Shown here piece by piece: positions 37,047 to 46,997 of a stretch of 64,000 nucleotides of DNA. The stretch is from IMG/VR virus record IMGVR_UViG_3300048576_000363, positions 62,001 to 126,000 of that record. The stretch is one strand, 5' to 3'. The position numbers and the translations under genes are program-made. The DNA is from an uncultured virus (IMG/VR IMGVR_UViG_3300048576_000363). Lineage: Duplodnaviria; Heunggongvirae; Uroviricota; Caudoviricetes. How positions within the stretch are numbered: position 1 is the first letter of the stretch; each line of letters begins with the position of its first letter. The notes under the pieces are model-generated. The model was not told the DNA's origin and searched no databases. It saw only the letters and a program-made list of their open reading frames with translations.

Positions 37047-37444
37047 TAGTAATCTCTTGCGTTACCTGTTATTGTACCTAACGTTCTTGCTTCATTCCAC
37101 TCAGGTATTGCACCTAACTTTTCTTCACTTGTTTTTAAAATTTCTTCATAAAGTTTTTTAGAAGGGAAAATATAAGCAGAACCTGAACGATATACATCTG
37201 AATCAATATACTTGTCATTTAAATCGAAAATAATTTCAAACTTTATTTTCCAATGTTGATAAGGTTGTTTTGTTTTATCTTCAGAAAAACTTGTACTAAT
37301 TAAGTTTAATTTTACAAGACTAGATTTAATAGAACTTACAAAACTACTTGCCTTTGTTTCGAAATCTGTCTTATCAACAAATTTTTGTTTCGAAACAGTC
37401 CTTACACTACTCAATATTTCATTTAAGACAAGTTTAACATTCAT
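37046..37444 (-). CDS. Hypothetical protein with VLNEIL leader
   Basis: Coupled to both neighbouring genes. Confidence 0.6.
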   Translation of the reverse strand: MNVKLVLNEILSSVRTVSKQKFVDKTDFETKASSFVSSIKSSLVKLNLISTSFSEDKTKQPYQHWKIKFEIIFDLNDKYIDSDVYRSGSAYIFPSKKLYEEILKTSEEKLGAIPEWNEARTLGTITGNARDY

Positions 37445-39704
37445 TGTTGTTCTCTAAAAAAGTATTTTTTAGTGTTTCACGTATTACATTTTTTATCTTG
37501 CTGATATCATGAGTCTCACTTAATTTCGACTCAAGTTCAAAAGTTATTTTTGAAATATTTTCTGAATAGAGTTCTTTTGCAGCACTTACTTTTTCAGAAA
37601 TAGGAATATCTTCCTTGATTTTTGAAGCAAAAATCTGGGGAATATATTTTACCATTGTTTCAATTCTTGTCTTACTACTTGATGTTCCGTTTAATGTCAA
37701 TATTTCGTTTTCTAAATTAAGAGCAGCTCTTCTAGCATTTTGTGAAAACTTTAAGTCGTTAAGCATTAAATCAGACCATGCTTTTTTCGAATTCTCTTCG
37801 ACAATAACTTTAGCACCTATTTGTTCAGCTTTATCTGGATCAACAAATGGAATATCAGGTATTTCTACTTTATTTTCTGTTTCAGCAAAAAGCTTGACTT
37901 TTTTTACATCAGTTCTTTCTGGTTTTTGTCTTTTTTGAAGAGGAACTTCTAGTTCTTCAACGTCATTTTCTCTTTCTTTATCTTTTGCGTTCTCTTGTCT
38001 TTCATAACGTCTTTGTTCTCTTGTCTCACTTGTTTTAACTATCTTTTCGTCTTTTTTTGCAAACATTTCAGTTGAAGCATCAGGTATATATTTTAAACCC
38101 AACTCTTTTGCTCTAATTTCAGCAATTGCTGGAGCAAGAGTTCTACCTGCTTCAGTAGATGCACCATTCATCATTGCAAAATAATTAATATCAAGGGGTG
38201 TACCCTCAAATTTCTTAAGACGATCTTTAACAGTTTCAGCATCAAGGCCAAAACATTCAAGCCAAGTTTGCATATCAACTTGACCTTGTGTAACCATCTG
38301 AGCAAGCATTTGCTTATGTGCTGTATCATCAACAAAATTGAGTCTATTCCATTTTATTCTTGGATATAACCATCTAACTTTCTTATCTTTTTTAGCTGTT
38401 CCTTCTTCATACTCTGCCCAGTCGTTTCTTTTAGCCATTGGAAGAAACAAATTTTGAATTACATAACTTTCGATTCTTTCACGATAGATAGAGTATTTCT
38501 GATTCATAACTTCAAGAACTGTCTGACCATTTGCATAAGAACCTTCTCCTAACAAAAAGCTCTTATTAATCATTAACCCTATCAACAATTCTTCGTTTAT
38601 CCAGTTCCATTCTGACTCAAGTTGCATAAGACCTTGACTTGTACCTATAAGATCCCAATGTAACTCATAGTTTGTAATAATTGCATAGTCAGGATCAGCA
38701 AAAGCATTATCGATTTGCTCTCTTATTTGGTTAAGATCAGCCATTCCTGCAGCTTCTGTCCAAATCAAGTGTTTTGGTGTCAAATGTCTTGCTGCAATAG
38801 CATCTTGTGATTGTCTTAATCTGTCTTTATAAATAAGAGTTTTAAAATTTCTTTCAATAATTCCAGTACCTACAAGATCATAATCAGCCATTTTATAAGC
38901 AACATGTGCAACATGGCTTCCATGATTAGGATCAGTGTTTAATGGAATTTTTTTCCCAGCTTGTATAAGTTCAATTACATCTTCAGGTATAGCTTTAAAA
39001 AGCGTACCTGTTTTGGGATTATCAGGACCATTATTAACAATTTTTTTCATTTGCTCGTTAGGAAGCAAATCTACACGCATAATATCAGTAAATTGTAATT
39101 TTTCAAGTTCTATATAATCAGGATCTAAAAGAGTAAGTTTTGACCATCTATTTTTTGTTTCACTCCAACGAGCAAAAGGAAAGATATTTCCTAATTTATA
39201 GTATTCAACACCCATTTGCAGAAGTTTATTAAATAAATCAATACCTTCTGTTGAACACATCTCTTCATACTCTTCTTGAATTTTTCGCGTCTTAATCTTG
39301 TCTCTGCTTGGAGGTAATGTCATTCTTATACTTGATATAGGCAGTTCAGCATGACAATCTATAGCAGTACTTACAAGAGGATCATATTTATAAAAATATC
39401 TACACCACGCATTTATTTCTCTATAATCTCTAGGTAATAATATTGAGCTTGGTTCAAATTCAGGATGATAAAATCCTGGCATCGAATTTTTTACGCTTGC
39501 ACCACCACCACAAACATTTGCTGTCTTGTTCATAGTTTTCGACATTTGATCTACAACATGAAGCAAACGTTTGTTATATTTACGAGGCTTTCCCTGGTAA
39601 AATTCTGAATCTATAATTGTAGTGTCATTTCCAAACTTAATTGTAGCGCCATTTTTTTTCATACCGCTAGTATCAAGTTCAGAAAGTTTTTTTCTTTTTA
39701 TCAT
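37434..39704 (-). CDS. Portal protein
   Basis: Lies between TerL and the protease; WCRYFYKYDPLVSTAID..EYYKLGNIFP..LLDPDYIE portal-like segments. Confidence 0.75.
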   Translation of the reverse strand: MIKRKKLSELDTSGMKKNGATIKFGNDTTIIDSEFYQGKPRKYNKRLLHVVDQMSKTMNKTANVCGGGASVKNSMPGFYHPEFEPSSILLPRDYREINAWCRYFYKYDPLVSTAIDCHAELPISSIRMTLPPSRDKIKTRKIQEEYEEMCSTEGIDLFNKLLQMGVEYYKLGNIFPFARWSETKNRWSKLTLLDPDYIELEKLQFTDIMRVDLLPNEQMKKIVNNGPDNPKTGTLFKAIPEDVIELIQAGKKIPLNTDPNHGSHVAHVAYKMADYDLVGTGIIERNFKTLIYKDRLRQSQDAIAARHLTPKHLIWTEAAGMADLNQIREQIDNAFADPDYAIITNYELHWDLIGTSQGLMQLESEWNWINEELLIGLMINKSFLLGEGSYANGQTVLEVMNQKYSIYRERIESYVIQNLFLPMAKRNDWAEYEEGTAKKDKKVRWLYPRIKWNRLNFVDDTAHKQMLAQMVTQGQVDMQTWLECFGLDAETVKDRLKKFEGTPLDINYFAMMNGASTEAGRTLAPAIAEIRAKELGLKYIPDASTEMFAKKDEKIVKTSETREQRRYERQENAKDKERENDVEELEVPLQKRQKPERTDVKKVKLFAETENKVEIPDIPFVDPDKAEQIGAKVIVEENSKKAWSDLMLNDLKFSQNARRAALNLENEILTLNGTSSSKTRIETMVKYIPQIFASKIKEDIPISEKVSAAKELYSENISKITFELESKLSETHDISKIKNVIRETLKNTFLENNNEC

Positions 39705-39753
39705 TTTATTACCTTTATAAAAAGTATTAATCTGATTAATTCTTTAGAAAAAA

Positions 39754-40437
39754 TTAATCTAAAATATTCCAATCAATGACAGAAGATTCATGGGGTCCAT
39801 GTCTATGACGAAATCTAAATTCAGAATTTCTAATATAATCAATTATGTCTTGTTCATTTGCTCCTGTACTAGATGCTATATCTGCTGCTATCTCTTGAAA
39901 AGACATAGTTGGATGTTGCTCAAGTTTTAAATTTATTTCAGTCTGTTGTTCTCCAGTAAGTGATGTTTTCTTAAGTTGATAACGTCTAATTGCTCTCTTA
40001 ATATAATTTATTTGAGTTGATGCAGACTGGTTCAAACTATCGTTTAAGTCAGCATCATCAAGTGTTTGAAGATTATCTAGTCTCTTTTTCAATATTTCTA
40101 TTTGACCTTCCATGTCATAATCAGATTGCAAATCTTCAAGTTGCTTTTTCAAATCATCAATTTCAGTTTGCATGTTGTCGACAGCACTTGTGTCTACAGG
40201 CTCAGTACCCGTATCAACAGATTCTGTTCCTATATCACTAAGAGGATCAGACTGAGTAATGTCTTGTGCAAGATCAGGATTAGGTTGATCATCTGGATTA
40301 GCAGAATCAGCTGGCACATCAACAGGTTCGTTTGTTCCAGTAGCTTCGTCAGGAAGTGTGTCTTCAACAGGTGGTTCTAAAGGCATATCTTCAGGTGCTG
40401 CATGCATAACAAATTTATCAAGCCATGGATATTCCAT
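39754..40437 (-). CDS. Acidic/coiled-coil hypothetical head-module protein
   Basis: D/P/E-rich N-terminal half, coiled coil, helical C-terminus; GGAG SD. Confidence 0.6.
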   Translation of the reverse strand: MEYPWLDKFVMHAAPEDMPLEPPVEDTLPDEATGTNEPVDVPADSANPDDQPNPDLAQDITQSDPLSDIGTESVDTGTEPVDTSAVDNMQTEIDDLKKQLEDLQSDYDMEGQIEILKKRLDNLQTLDDADLNDSLNQSASTQINYIKRAIRRYQLKKTSLTGEQQTEINLKLEQHPTMSFQEIAADIASSTGANEQDIIDYIRNSEFRFRHRHGPHESSVIDWNILD

Positions 40438-40438
40438 A

Positions 40439-40681
40439 TTATCTCTCCTTTTTTCTTTTTAGTCTTTCTAATGAACTTTTTTTGTATTCATAAAGTTTTA
40501 CTTGTTTTTCCATTGCATTTAAAAGATCTAAAGCTTGCAATGAAAGTTTTTTTAAGCATAAAATATGAAAGTTTGTCGATATTTCTTCTTCTTTTTTTAA
40601 AGAACTAACATTTGAATTTAACTCTTGCGAATTTCTTTTCAATCTTTCTAATGCGTTTTTTACTTGCTCAATCTCTTTCAT
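40439..40681 (-). CDS. Small coiled-coil hypothetical protein
   Basis: Fills the gap between TerL and the next gene exactly. Confidence 0.55.
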   Translation of the reverse strand: MKEIEQVKNALERLKRNSQELNSNVSSLKKEEEISTNFHILCLKKLSLQALDLLNAMEKQVKLYEYKKSSLERLKRKKER

Positions 40682-42547
40682 TTAGCGGGACCTTAATTGT
40701 GTTACTCTTTGCAAGTTTGTCACTGTTTTATGTGTTATTAAACGTCTTTTGTAAGCTTGATGACTAGATACTCTATCACCAGTAGCTACATAAGTTTGAC
40801 TACCGTTTGTTCCAATAATACTTGCAGCACTAAAACCAAGTTCATTTCCTGTTGCAATATAAGAAGCATTTGCTAGAACATCACATAAGTCGTCTGTTGT
40901 TACCTCACCTTGTGTAGGTGCTTCAATAACAAATTGTTTTTTCCCGACTTTTTTCTCTTGCAAATTCTTAAGTTCTTTAATTCCTCTTTCAAGATAAAAC
41001 AAGTCTAATCTTTCATCATAAATCAAATCTCTTAAATTTTTAAAGATTTTCGTATTATAGTGTCGACTAAATGGTGTTTTTGATGCATTCACACCCATTT
41101 TTTTAAATTTCATTACAGCTGCTGTACTGTCAAACTGGTCATAAACAATTTTTACAACTCTAAATCTTTGACACAAACCCTCAATATATTCATGAATAAT
41201 ATCTTCATCTATATAAGGCAATCCTTCAAACTCAGGATCTTTTAACGACCATACTTTCCATCTGTCTAGAACAACTATTGCTTTCTTTTCTTTTTTCTCT
41301 TTGCCATCTACAAGTCTTGTTCTTTCACGTTGTTCAACATGAACCATTGCTAGTGCGTAACCATTATGAGAAGAAGATGGATCGACAGCGATATAATGAC
41401 CAGAATTATTATTGGGAGCTGTAGTTTCTGAATCTCTTTGTATGCAAGTGTCTATCTTTTCAGGATATCTAAAAAACCCAGATACAACAGAAGAAAATTC
41501 AGCACCAAACTCAGAGTCAAAAGACTCTGGGTTTCTTTTCTTTTCAGACTCTAAAAACTCGAAAGTGATTGTTTCGTTCATTTCCCAAGTTGGGATTCTG
41601 AACATTGCTTTGTTATGATCACCTTCTTCGTTTTCTCTTCCTACAGCATCTAAATACAGATCGTAAAAAATTCCTGCTTTAATATAAGGAGATGAAATAC
41701 AAAGGATTTTGCCATCTGCACCAAAAGTAGCAATAGATGGAGTGAGCGCTTCATAAATCTGATCACCAGATCTATTTCCTTCATTATCAATATAATGTGC
41801 TATTTCATCAAGAATACCAATAATGATGTTTCCACCACGAATACCACGAGCTGTACAAGGCATTGCTTGAATCTTTAGAGAAACATGAGGGTCTAGAGCT
41901 TTTCCGTGTATTCGCATTTCTTGAGTATAAAGTTCAAGGTCGCGTTTTGTCCTTAAACGAATCTCAGATTGATTTTTACCTTCAAGATAAGGTGTAAACC
42001 ATTTTGAATTAAGAATTCTGTTTTGTGTTGCTTTTGCTAAAATAAGTGCTTGATCTGTAGTACTAGCAATGTTGACAATACGTATTTCTTCACCTTGAGG
42101 CAATTTATAGTGTTTTTGAGGATCTACTTTTAAGATTAATTTATAAGCTTCATATGAAGAAATAACAGACGCAATAAAAGTTTTTCCAGAACGTCGACCA
42201 CAAATAAGAACAAGTTCTATAAACTGTTTAGGTGTTAAATTTTTGATATTAGTTCTTGATTGTTGCATGAGATAGTTAAGGTAACCAACTTCAGTAAAAT
42301 GTTTACCTTCTCTATCAAAAGGAAAAGATCTAATTTTTATAGATTTTTCAGTATCATCTAAAGGAAGCCCATAATAAATTTTTAAAACAAATTTTTCTAC
42401 TGAATGTAATGGTTGGTCTAGATAAAATGGGTGCTCGCAAAAAGTGATAATATCAACTTCTTGTTCAGAATCATCAATGAGTCCCTTTGTTGCTTCAGCA
42501 AAAAGGGACTCAAACGTGAATGAAGTGTCTAATGAATCAATTGGCAT
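40682..42547 (-). CDS. terL: Terminase large subunit
   Basis: Walker A GRRSGKT, Walker B ILDEIAH, motif III ISSP, nuclease IAVDPS and DDLCD. Confidence 0.9.
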   Translation of the reverse strand: MPIDSLDTSFTFESLFAEATKGLIDDSEQEVDIITFCEHPFYLDQPLHSVEKFVLKIYYGLPLDDTEKSIKIRSFPFDREGKHFTEVGYLNYLMQQSRTNIKNLTPKQFIELVLICGRRSGKTFIASVISSYEAYKLILKVDPQKHYKLPQGEEIRIVNIASTTDQALILAKATQNRILNSKWFTPYLEGKNQSEIRLRTKRDLELYTQEMRIHGKALDPHVSLKIQAMPCTARGIRGGNIIIGILDEIAHYIDNEGNRSGDQIYEALTPSIATFGADGKILCISSPYIKAGIFYDLYLDAVGRENEEGDHNKAMFRIPTWEMNETITFEFLESEKKRNPESFDSEFGAEFSSVVSGFFRYPEKIDTCIQRDSETTAPNNNSGHYIAVDPSSSHNGYALAMVHVEQRERTRLVDGKEKKEKKAIVVLDRWKVWSLKDPEFEGLPYIDEDIIHEYIEGLCQRFRVVKIVYDQFDSTAAVMKFKKMGVNASKTPFSRHYNTKIFKNLRDLIYDERLDLFYLERGIKELKNLQEKKVGKKQFVIEAPTQGEVTTDDLCDVLANASYIATGNELGFSAASIIGTNGSQTYVATGDRVSSHQAYKRRLITHKTVTNLQRVTQLRSR

Positions 42548-42549
42548 AA

Positions 42550-43539
42550 TTAACTATGTTGTGCAACAATTTCAAAAACCATATCTTCAGTTGTTTTATA
42601 TTTTGACATAGCAACTTTGACAAGTACTTTTATCATACTTGCTGTATAGAGTTCTTTAAGCTTAGGACTTTCTCTTAATTTCTCTCTACCAATTGCAATC
42701 CAATGTCGAACCATACGTTCAGTAAACGAAGGATCGACTTCTTTTTGTAGTTTTTCTGCAAGTTGATTGCTTGTCAACATATCAGCATTAGGATCGTCAG
42801 GATGATAATACATCATTAAAACTTTTTGTTCTCTTTCAGGAAGTTTTTTAATTTCATTCATAAAAACTTGCATAATCTGTTTATTTCTTAAAACTTCATC
42901 TGGCAAAGGTTCATTGCTCTTAAGAGTGTCCATAAGAGTTATTGCATCACCACCTTTGTCGTCGCCACCAATTTCCTCAGACATACTTTTTATTGTGTCA
43001 GAACCAAATAGCTTAAGAACTTCTAAAACTTTATCGACAGGCATCCTGATAATTTTAGCAAACTCTTCTAAATCTGCTTTATTTTCATTTCCTTCGTCAT
43101 CAACATTGTTAAATTCTGGCATTCTCTTGTTTTTTTCATAAAATGCTCGAAGAGCATTCTTAAATCTAATCTTGTACTTGTTGATATCAGAAACAATTTC
43201 GCCTTTTCCCAAAAGATTTCTAATAGAATGTTTATTAACTTTTGTGTTAAAAGCTTTAGCTATATAGCCTACAATTTCGCCTGCAGACTTTGGTGTGAGA
43301 TCCATGAGAATTTCAAGAAAACTTGTTTCAATGTGGTGTCTTATTTCGTTTCTCTCTTTAGTATTTGAAGCAAGTTCAGAAACAGACTTCATCTTTTTAC
43401 CAATAAGACCACCAAAAGTCTCTCTTAAGTCTTCAAACGCTGTGTTTTTCTCTCTCCTTGAACTTTTAGAATCCTGCAAAATTTTCACTGCATTTACAAG
43501 ATCTTCATTTTCGAGTTTTTTTGATTTTAACCAGAACAT
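42550..43539 (-). CDS. Phage sigma70-family (FliA/WhiG-like) sigma factor with C-terminal extension
   Basis: Region 3 (LEEFAKIIRMPVDKV..SMSEEIG..TLMDTL) and region 4 (LPEREQKVLMMYY..LTSNQLAEKL..ERMVRHW). Confidence 0.7.
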   Translation of the reverse strand: MFWLKSKKLENEDLVNAVKILQDSKSSRREKNTAFEDLRETFGGLIGKKMKSVSELASNTKERNEIRHHIETSFLEILMDLTPKSAGEIVGYIAKAFNTKVNKHSIRNLLGKGEIVSDINKYKIRFKNALRAFYEKNKRMPEFNNVDDEGNENKADLEEFAKIIRMPVDKVLEVLKLFGSDTIKSMSEEIGGDDKGGDAITLMDTLKSNEPLPDEVLRNKQIMQVFMNEIKKLPEREQKVLMMYYHPDDPNADMLTSNQLAEKLQKEVDPSFTERMVRHWIAIGREKLRESPKLKELYTASMIKVLVKVAMSKYKTTEDMVFEIVAQHS

Positions 43540-43540
43540 C

Positions 43541-43795
43541 TTATGCTCCTTCTGTTTGTTTTGCTTTTCGTTTTTCTTTTCGTTTCTCTAAAATCCCTCT
43601 GCGCTTATCAGCATCTTCGCCAACTACACAATCAAGTAACCTATGTTCACTTCCTTTAACAACCCCTGAAAACATCGACATAAGTTTTTCAACTTCACCT
43701 TTACACTCAGGACATTCAGGAATTGGTGAACTTACATGCAAATAATCTTCAAATTTATGTTTGCATTTTTTACACAAAAACTCATAAATAGGCAT
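43541..43795 (-). CDS. FmdB-family zinc-ribbon protein
   Basis: MPIYEFLCKKCKHKFE..CPECKG.VEKLMS. Confidence 0.85.
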   Translation of the reverse strand: MPIYEFLCKKCKHKFEDYLHVSSPIPECPECKGEVEKLMSMFSGVVKGSEHRLLDCVVGEDADKRRGILEKRKEKRKAKQTEGA

Positions 43796-43827
43796 AGACT
43801 ACTCACTTTTTTAATTTCATTTAATTT

Positions 43828-43998
43828 TTAAACGTATACGCGTATCTTTTGACGCTCTTTGTAACGTTTTTTAATACATTCAACACAAATGACTTCACCA
43901 TACATCGTTTCAATTATTTCTCTTGACTTTTTATCTATAATCTCTACTTTAATACGTGCATAATCTTCTTTTTCTAGATTGCAATTCGAGCAATGCAT
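43828..43998 (-). CDS. Small Zn-finger protein (56 aa)
   Basis: Read by hand: MHCSNC...ICVECIKKRY..*; AGGGA upstream. Confidence 0.6.
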   Translation of the reverse strand: MHCSNCNLEKEDYARIKVEIIDKKSREIIETMYGEVICVECIKKRYKERQKIRVYV

Positions 43999-44015
43999 CG
44001 TTTAATCCCTGTTAA

Positions 44016-44285
44016 TTATTTTATGTCAGACATTTTTGTCGTGCCTTCTCCAGATCTTTCTCTATCAATCATTTTCGTCTTCATTCTTGCATTCTTTTTA
44101 AGCATTTGATCTTTCAATTTGAAACTCTGACTTGGACCATCACATATAAAGTTTGTTGTTGGTGTAAAAATTTTCTCACAAGTTCCTTTGCAAACTTCAC
44201 AACTTACTTCTGGTGTAGATGCCATTGAATGAAATGCTTCCTGAATGTTCATACAAGATTTGCACTGGTATTCATACGTCGGCAT
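44016..44285 (-). CDS. FmdB-family zinc-ribbon protein
   Basis: MPTYEYQCKSC..EAFHSM..CEVCKG.CEKIF. Confidence 0.85.
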   Translation of the reverse strand: MPTYEYQCKSCMNIQEAFHSMASTPEVSCEVCKGTCEKIFTPTTNFICDGPSQSFKLKDQMLKKNARMKTKMIDRERSGEGTTKMSDIK

Positions 44286-44413
44286 ATATTAATCCCCTTT
44301 AATTTTAATTTAATTTGTTTGTACTACTAAATTATATCTTGTTTTCAAGACTCTTGTTCTTTAAGTTGCAAGAAAACACAATATAGTCTCATAGCTTATT
44401 AGAAGAAGCGAGT

Positions 44414-44429
44414 ATAAAAACTATAGAAA
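44414..44429 (-). promoter_or_regulatory. Candidate late-promoter motif TTTCTATAGTTTTTAT (exact copy 1)
   Basis: Exact 16-mer also at 49865-49880 and 60205-60220; intergenic. Confidence 0.55.
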
Positions 44430-44502
44430 TGAGAAATAATCTAATCTAAAGATGAGTTTGTAGAAGCATTGTTTTGAAGTTAAAATCCAAATGTTTCTTG
44501 AA

Positions 44503-44754
44503 TTATTTGAGTGTTAAATATTTGTCGATTAGTTTATGAATTTTGCTGTTGAAAGTGAAGCCAAGTTGATGAAAGAAGAAATGTAAAAATTCGTGAAATA
44601 GAATAAATAAGTTTTGATCATTTCTTATATAGATAGTATTAGATGCAGGATGATAAGCAGCTCTGTCGCTTTCGACTATCCATTGTGGTAGTTCTTTGCA
44701 AGTGACAATTTTGGGTAGTTTTATAAGTTTTAAAATATTTTTTCTTGATAACAT
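44503..44754 (-). CDS. Small zincin-like (HExxH) metallopeptidase
   Basis: AAYHPASNTIYI..LFHEFLH. Confidence 0.55.
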   Translation of the reverse strand: MLSRKNILKLIKLPKIVTCKELPQWIVESDRAAYHPASNTIYIRNDQNLFILFHEFLHFFFHQLGFTFNSKIHKLIDKYLTLK

Positions 44755-45671
44755 AAAACAGACTTTAAAAAAGTGACAACAAATTGTGAAATTCCAGGCG
44801 ATGTTTGCTCACTATTACCTGCAATATTTAATGTTTTTATAGTATTACATTTTAACCAACTAACAAATTGTTTTTGTTGAAGCTCTAAATTTTTATTTAT
44901 ATCAACATCAAAATAAGGTTTATCATATTGTGTAATTGCTTTTAAAGTACATTTTTCGCCAGAAGAATCAAAGTTTGTAGCAAATCTAACTGTCCCATCA
45001 GACTCTTTTACGTTTTGAAAAGTTCTTGGTGGATAATAATATGAAGAATGCTCTTGCATTCCATACAAACTTTTAAACTCGTGTTTTCTTCCTTCTTGTG
45101 TTCTAAAACTTGCTGGCATCCAACCTCCTGTTTGTAATCCAAGAGATTTTGCTGCAATTAATCCAGCTTCATTAGCTCCTGTTTGTCCACCTGATATAAT
45201 TTTCTCTACTTGAATTTTGTACCAGTCAATTGTACTTGGAATACTTTTTGTTTCTCTTGCATAATCTAATTTTACAATTAAATCAGGTCTATGAATTTTG
45301 ACCATTTTGCCGATAAGTGTCGTATGACAAAAAAAATTCCCATCACGTTCAATTTGCTCTTTTGATGAAGAACTACTTGGGCACCAACAACAAAGTATGT
45401 ATTGTTGATTTTTGTCTAAACTCTCAAGCCAAGCTTCTATAGTGTCCCAACGATCTGAATAACTTTCTCTTAAAACATTTATGTATTCATCGACAGAACT
45501 GTTACAATTTCCAAGTCTAATTCGAATTCCATTTATGTCTAAAGGAAATAAAAAATCTAGTTCTTTATATTTGCACCATTCAGGCTTCCAGCAAGCAACA
45601 CTAAACTTATTGTCTAGTTCGTATTTTTTTGCTTCAAAAAACGATGTAAGTAAAATATTGAATTCTAACAT
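44730..45671 (-). CDS. DUF488-like N-terminal domain fused to a SLOG (putative molybdenum carrier/YpsA-like) domain
   Basis: LCCWC..FCHTTLI; KIISGGQTGA..GLQTGGWMP..YPPRT..NVKESDGT..LNIAGN. Confidence 0.7.
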   Translation of the reverse strand: MLEFNILLTSFFEAKKYELDNKFSVACWKPEWCKYKELDFLFPLDINGIRIRLGNCNSSVDEYINVLRESYSDRWDTIEAWLESLDKNQQYILCCWCPSSSSSKEQIERDGNFFCHTTLIGKMVKIHRPDLIVKLDYARETKSIPSTIDWYKIQVEKIISGGQTGANEAGLIAAKSLGLQTGGWMPASFRTQEGRKHEFKSLYGMQEHSSYYYPPRTFQNVKESDGTVRFATNFDSSGEKCTLKAITQYDKPYFDVDINKNLELQQKQFVSWLKCNTIKTLNIAGNSEQTSPGISQFVVTFLKSVLCYQEKIF

Positions 45672-45685
45672 AGAACTTTATATAC

Positions 45686-45722
45686 AAAAAGAGCTGACAA
45701 GAAATTTATTTGTCAGCTCTTT
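45686..45722 (-). terminator. Intrinsic terminator
   Basis: 13-bp perfect stem AAAGAGCTGACAA/TTGTCAGCTCTTT ending in a U tract, right after the 45726 stop. Confidence 0.8.
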
Positions 45723-45725
45723 GTT

Positions 45726-46145
45726 TTAATTTATATGTTTATGAATCTGAATTACACGCTCTTGACCTAATGCTTTTTCTTTTGTGGGATGTCTACCCAA
45801 TAATCTATCTTCATCATGTGTATATAAACACCATTGTTGCTCAGAATCAGGTCTTTCATCTTTATCTTTTTTAGGACATCTTTTAATTATTGCTATTTTG
45901 CTAGAACTATCTATAGCATCACTATTCGTATTCAATCTAGAAACCAATTGACTTATAAAGGATGTCAAATCTAGATAACTCGCGTTTTCTCTAAGTTTGA
46001 ACTGTTTGATTAGTTCCTTAGACAGTTTTTTCTTTTTATAAAGAATTTCAGCATTTTGCTCTAACATGTCTTTGCCATTTTGAGCGTAATCGCGTCTTTC
46101 TTTTAAAGGTTCTAAGATTTGTGCAATAATTTTCTCTGTATTCAT
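45726..46145 (-). CDS. Putative internal head protein (leader KIIAQIL)
   Basis: Shared leader; C-terminal WCLY..LLGRHPTKEKA..QERVIQIHKH module. Confidence 0.55.
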   Translation of the reverse strand: MNTEKIIAQILEPLKERRDYAQNGKDMLEQNAEILYKKKKLSKELIKQFKLRENASYLDLTSFISQLVSRLNTNSDAIDSSSKIAIIKRCPKKDKDERPDSEQQWCLYTHDEDRLLGRHPTKEKALGQERVIQIHKHIN

Positions 46146-46474
46146 CTTAAAACTTCAAACCTGAAATGTTTTTTTAAAATCTCGTTTTTTAAATTATTTT
46201 CAAACTGTGTTGCTGTTGTTTTTAAACTTGGATTAATTCCAATTGTGAAAGTTATTATAGGCGGTTTAGCAGCAAAATTTGCAGGTAGTTTTTCTTCAAT
46301 TGAAGCAAACCCTTTTGTTTGACGGATAGTTTCAAGCAAAATTTTTAAACTTTCAGCAGTCAAACCTAAGCTTATTGACGTGCTAATCTCTTTAGTATTT
46401 TGACCAGGATCAGTTGGTAAAATAGCTTCTTTTAAAATTTCATTTGCTATTTTCTTGACTTGCTTCTGTTTCAT
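46142..46474 (-). CDS. Putative internal head protein (leader KKIANEILKEA)
   Basis: Shared leader motif. Confidence 0.55.
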   Translation of the reverse strand: MKQKQVKKIANEILKEAILPTDPGQNTKEISTSISLGLTAESLKILLETIRQTKGFASIEEKLPANFAAKPPIITFTIGINPSLKTTATQFENNLKNEILKKHFRFEVLR

Positions 46475-46721
46475 TAACTTCTTCTACTTCTTCTTCTATT
46501 TGTTGATTATTTGATACTCTTTTTTTTATAGCAGCATGACCCAAACCTAAAGCTGAAAGCAAAAATCCAAAAATTGTTACAGCTTTATAAAAATTTAACG
46601 CAAAGCCCTCAGGAAATCCATTAGGCCAAATAACCAACATACTTGGAACAAGAACAGACCAATAGAGAAGCGCAATTGTTCTTTTTTTGCCATTAAGAGT
46701 TTGCCAAAAACTTTTTAGCAT
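46440..46721 (-). CDS. Holin-like membrane protein
   Basis: LNGKKRTI followed by two hydrophobic helices and a charged tail; near the endolysin. Confidence 0.6.
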   Translation of the reverse strand: MLKSFWQTLNGKKRTIALLYWSVLVPSMLVIWPNGFPEGFALNFYKAVTIFGFLLSALGLGHAAIKKRVSNNQQIEEEVEEVNETEASQENSK

Positions 46722-46739
46722 AAGTACCCCCTCCAGATC

Positions 46740-46997
46740 TTATCGACTTTTGTATTTCCAAACTGAGTAATTATACTCAGTCTTCATGGTTGTAGGAAAT
46801 AATTTAAAAATTTCTTTGATTTTATCTGCTGATAAACCAGCTTCTTGTGCATAAAAAAGCGTGTCATGAAGTCTAGAAAGTTGTTGTTCTGTGTGATCTT
46901 CAGGAGGACTTTGATCTGTTGTGCCCATGGGTTTATCTGGCACACCTTCTTTAATACTTGTTTTTAAAATTTTATCAGCAACTGCTTGCACATTCAT
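46740..46997 (-). CDS. Putative internal head protein (leader AVADKILKTS)
   Basis: Shared leader motif; GGAGG SD. Confidence 0.55.
   Translation of the reverse strand: MNVQAVADKILKTSIKEGVPDKPMGTTDQSPPEDHTEQQLSRLHDTLFYAQEAGLSADKIKEIFKLFPTTMKTEYNYSVWKYKSR

Noticed and set aside
44286..44502. tRNA or structured ncRNA in the larger intergenic gaps (also 28111-28294 and 54381-54515)
   Set aside because: No cloverleaf, T-loop consensus or extended GC-rich stems visible. A covariance-model scan would be needed to be sure.
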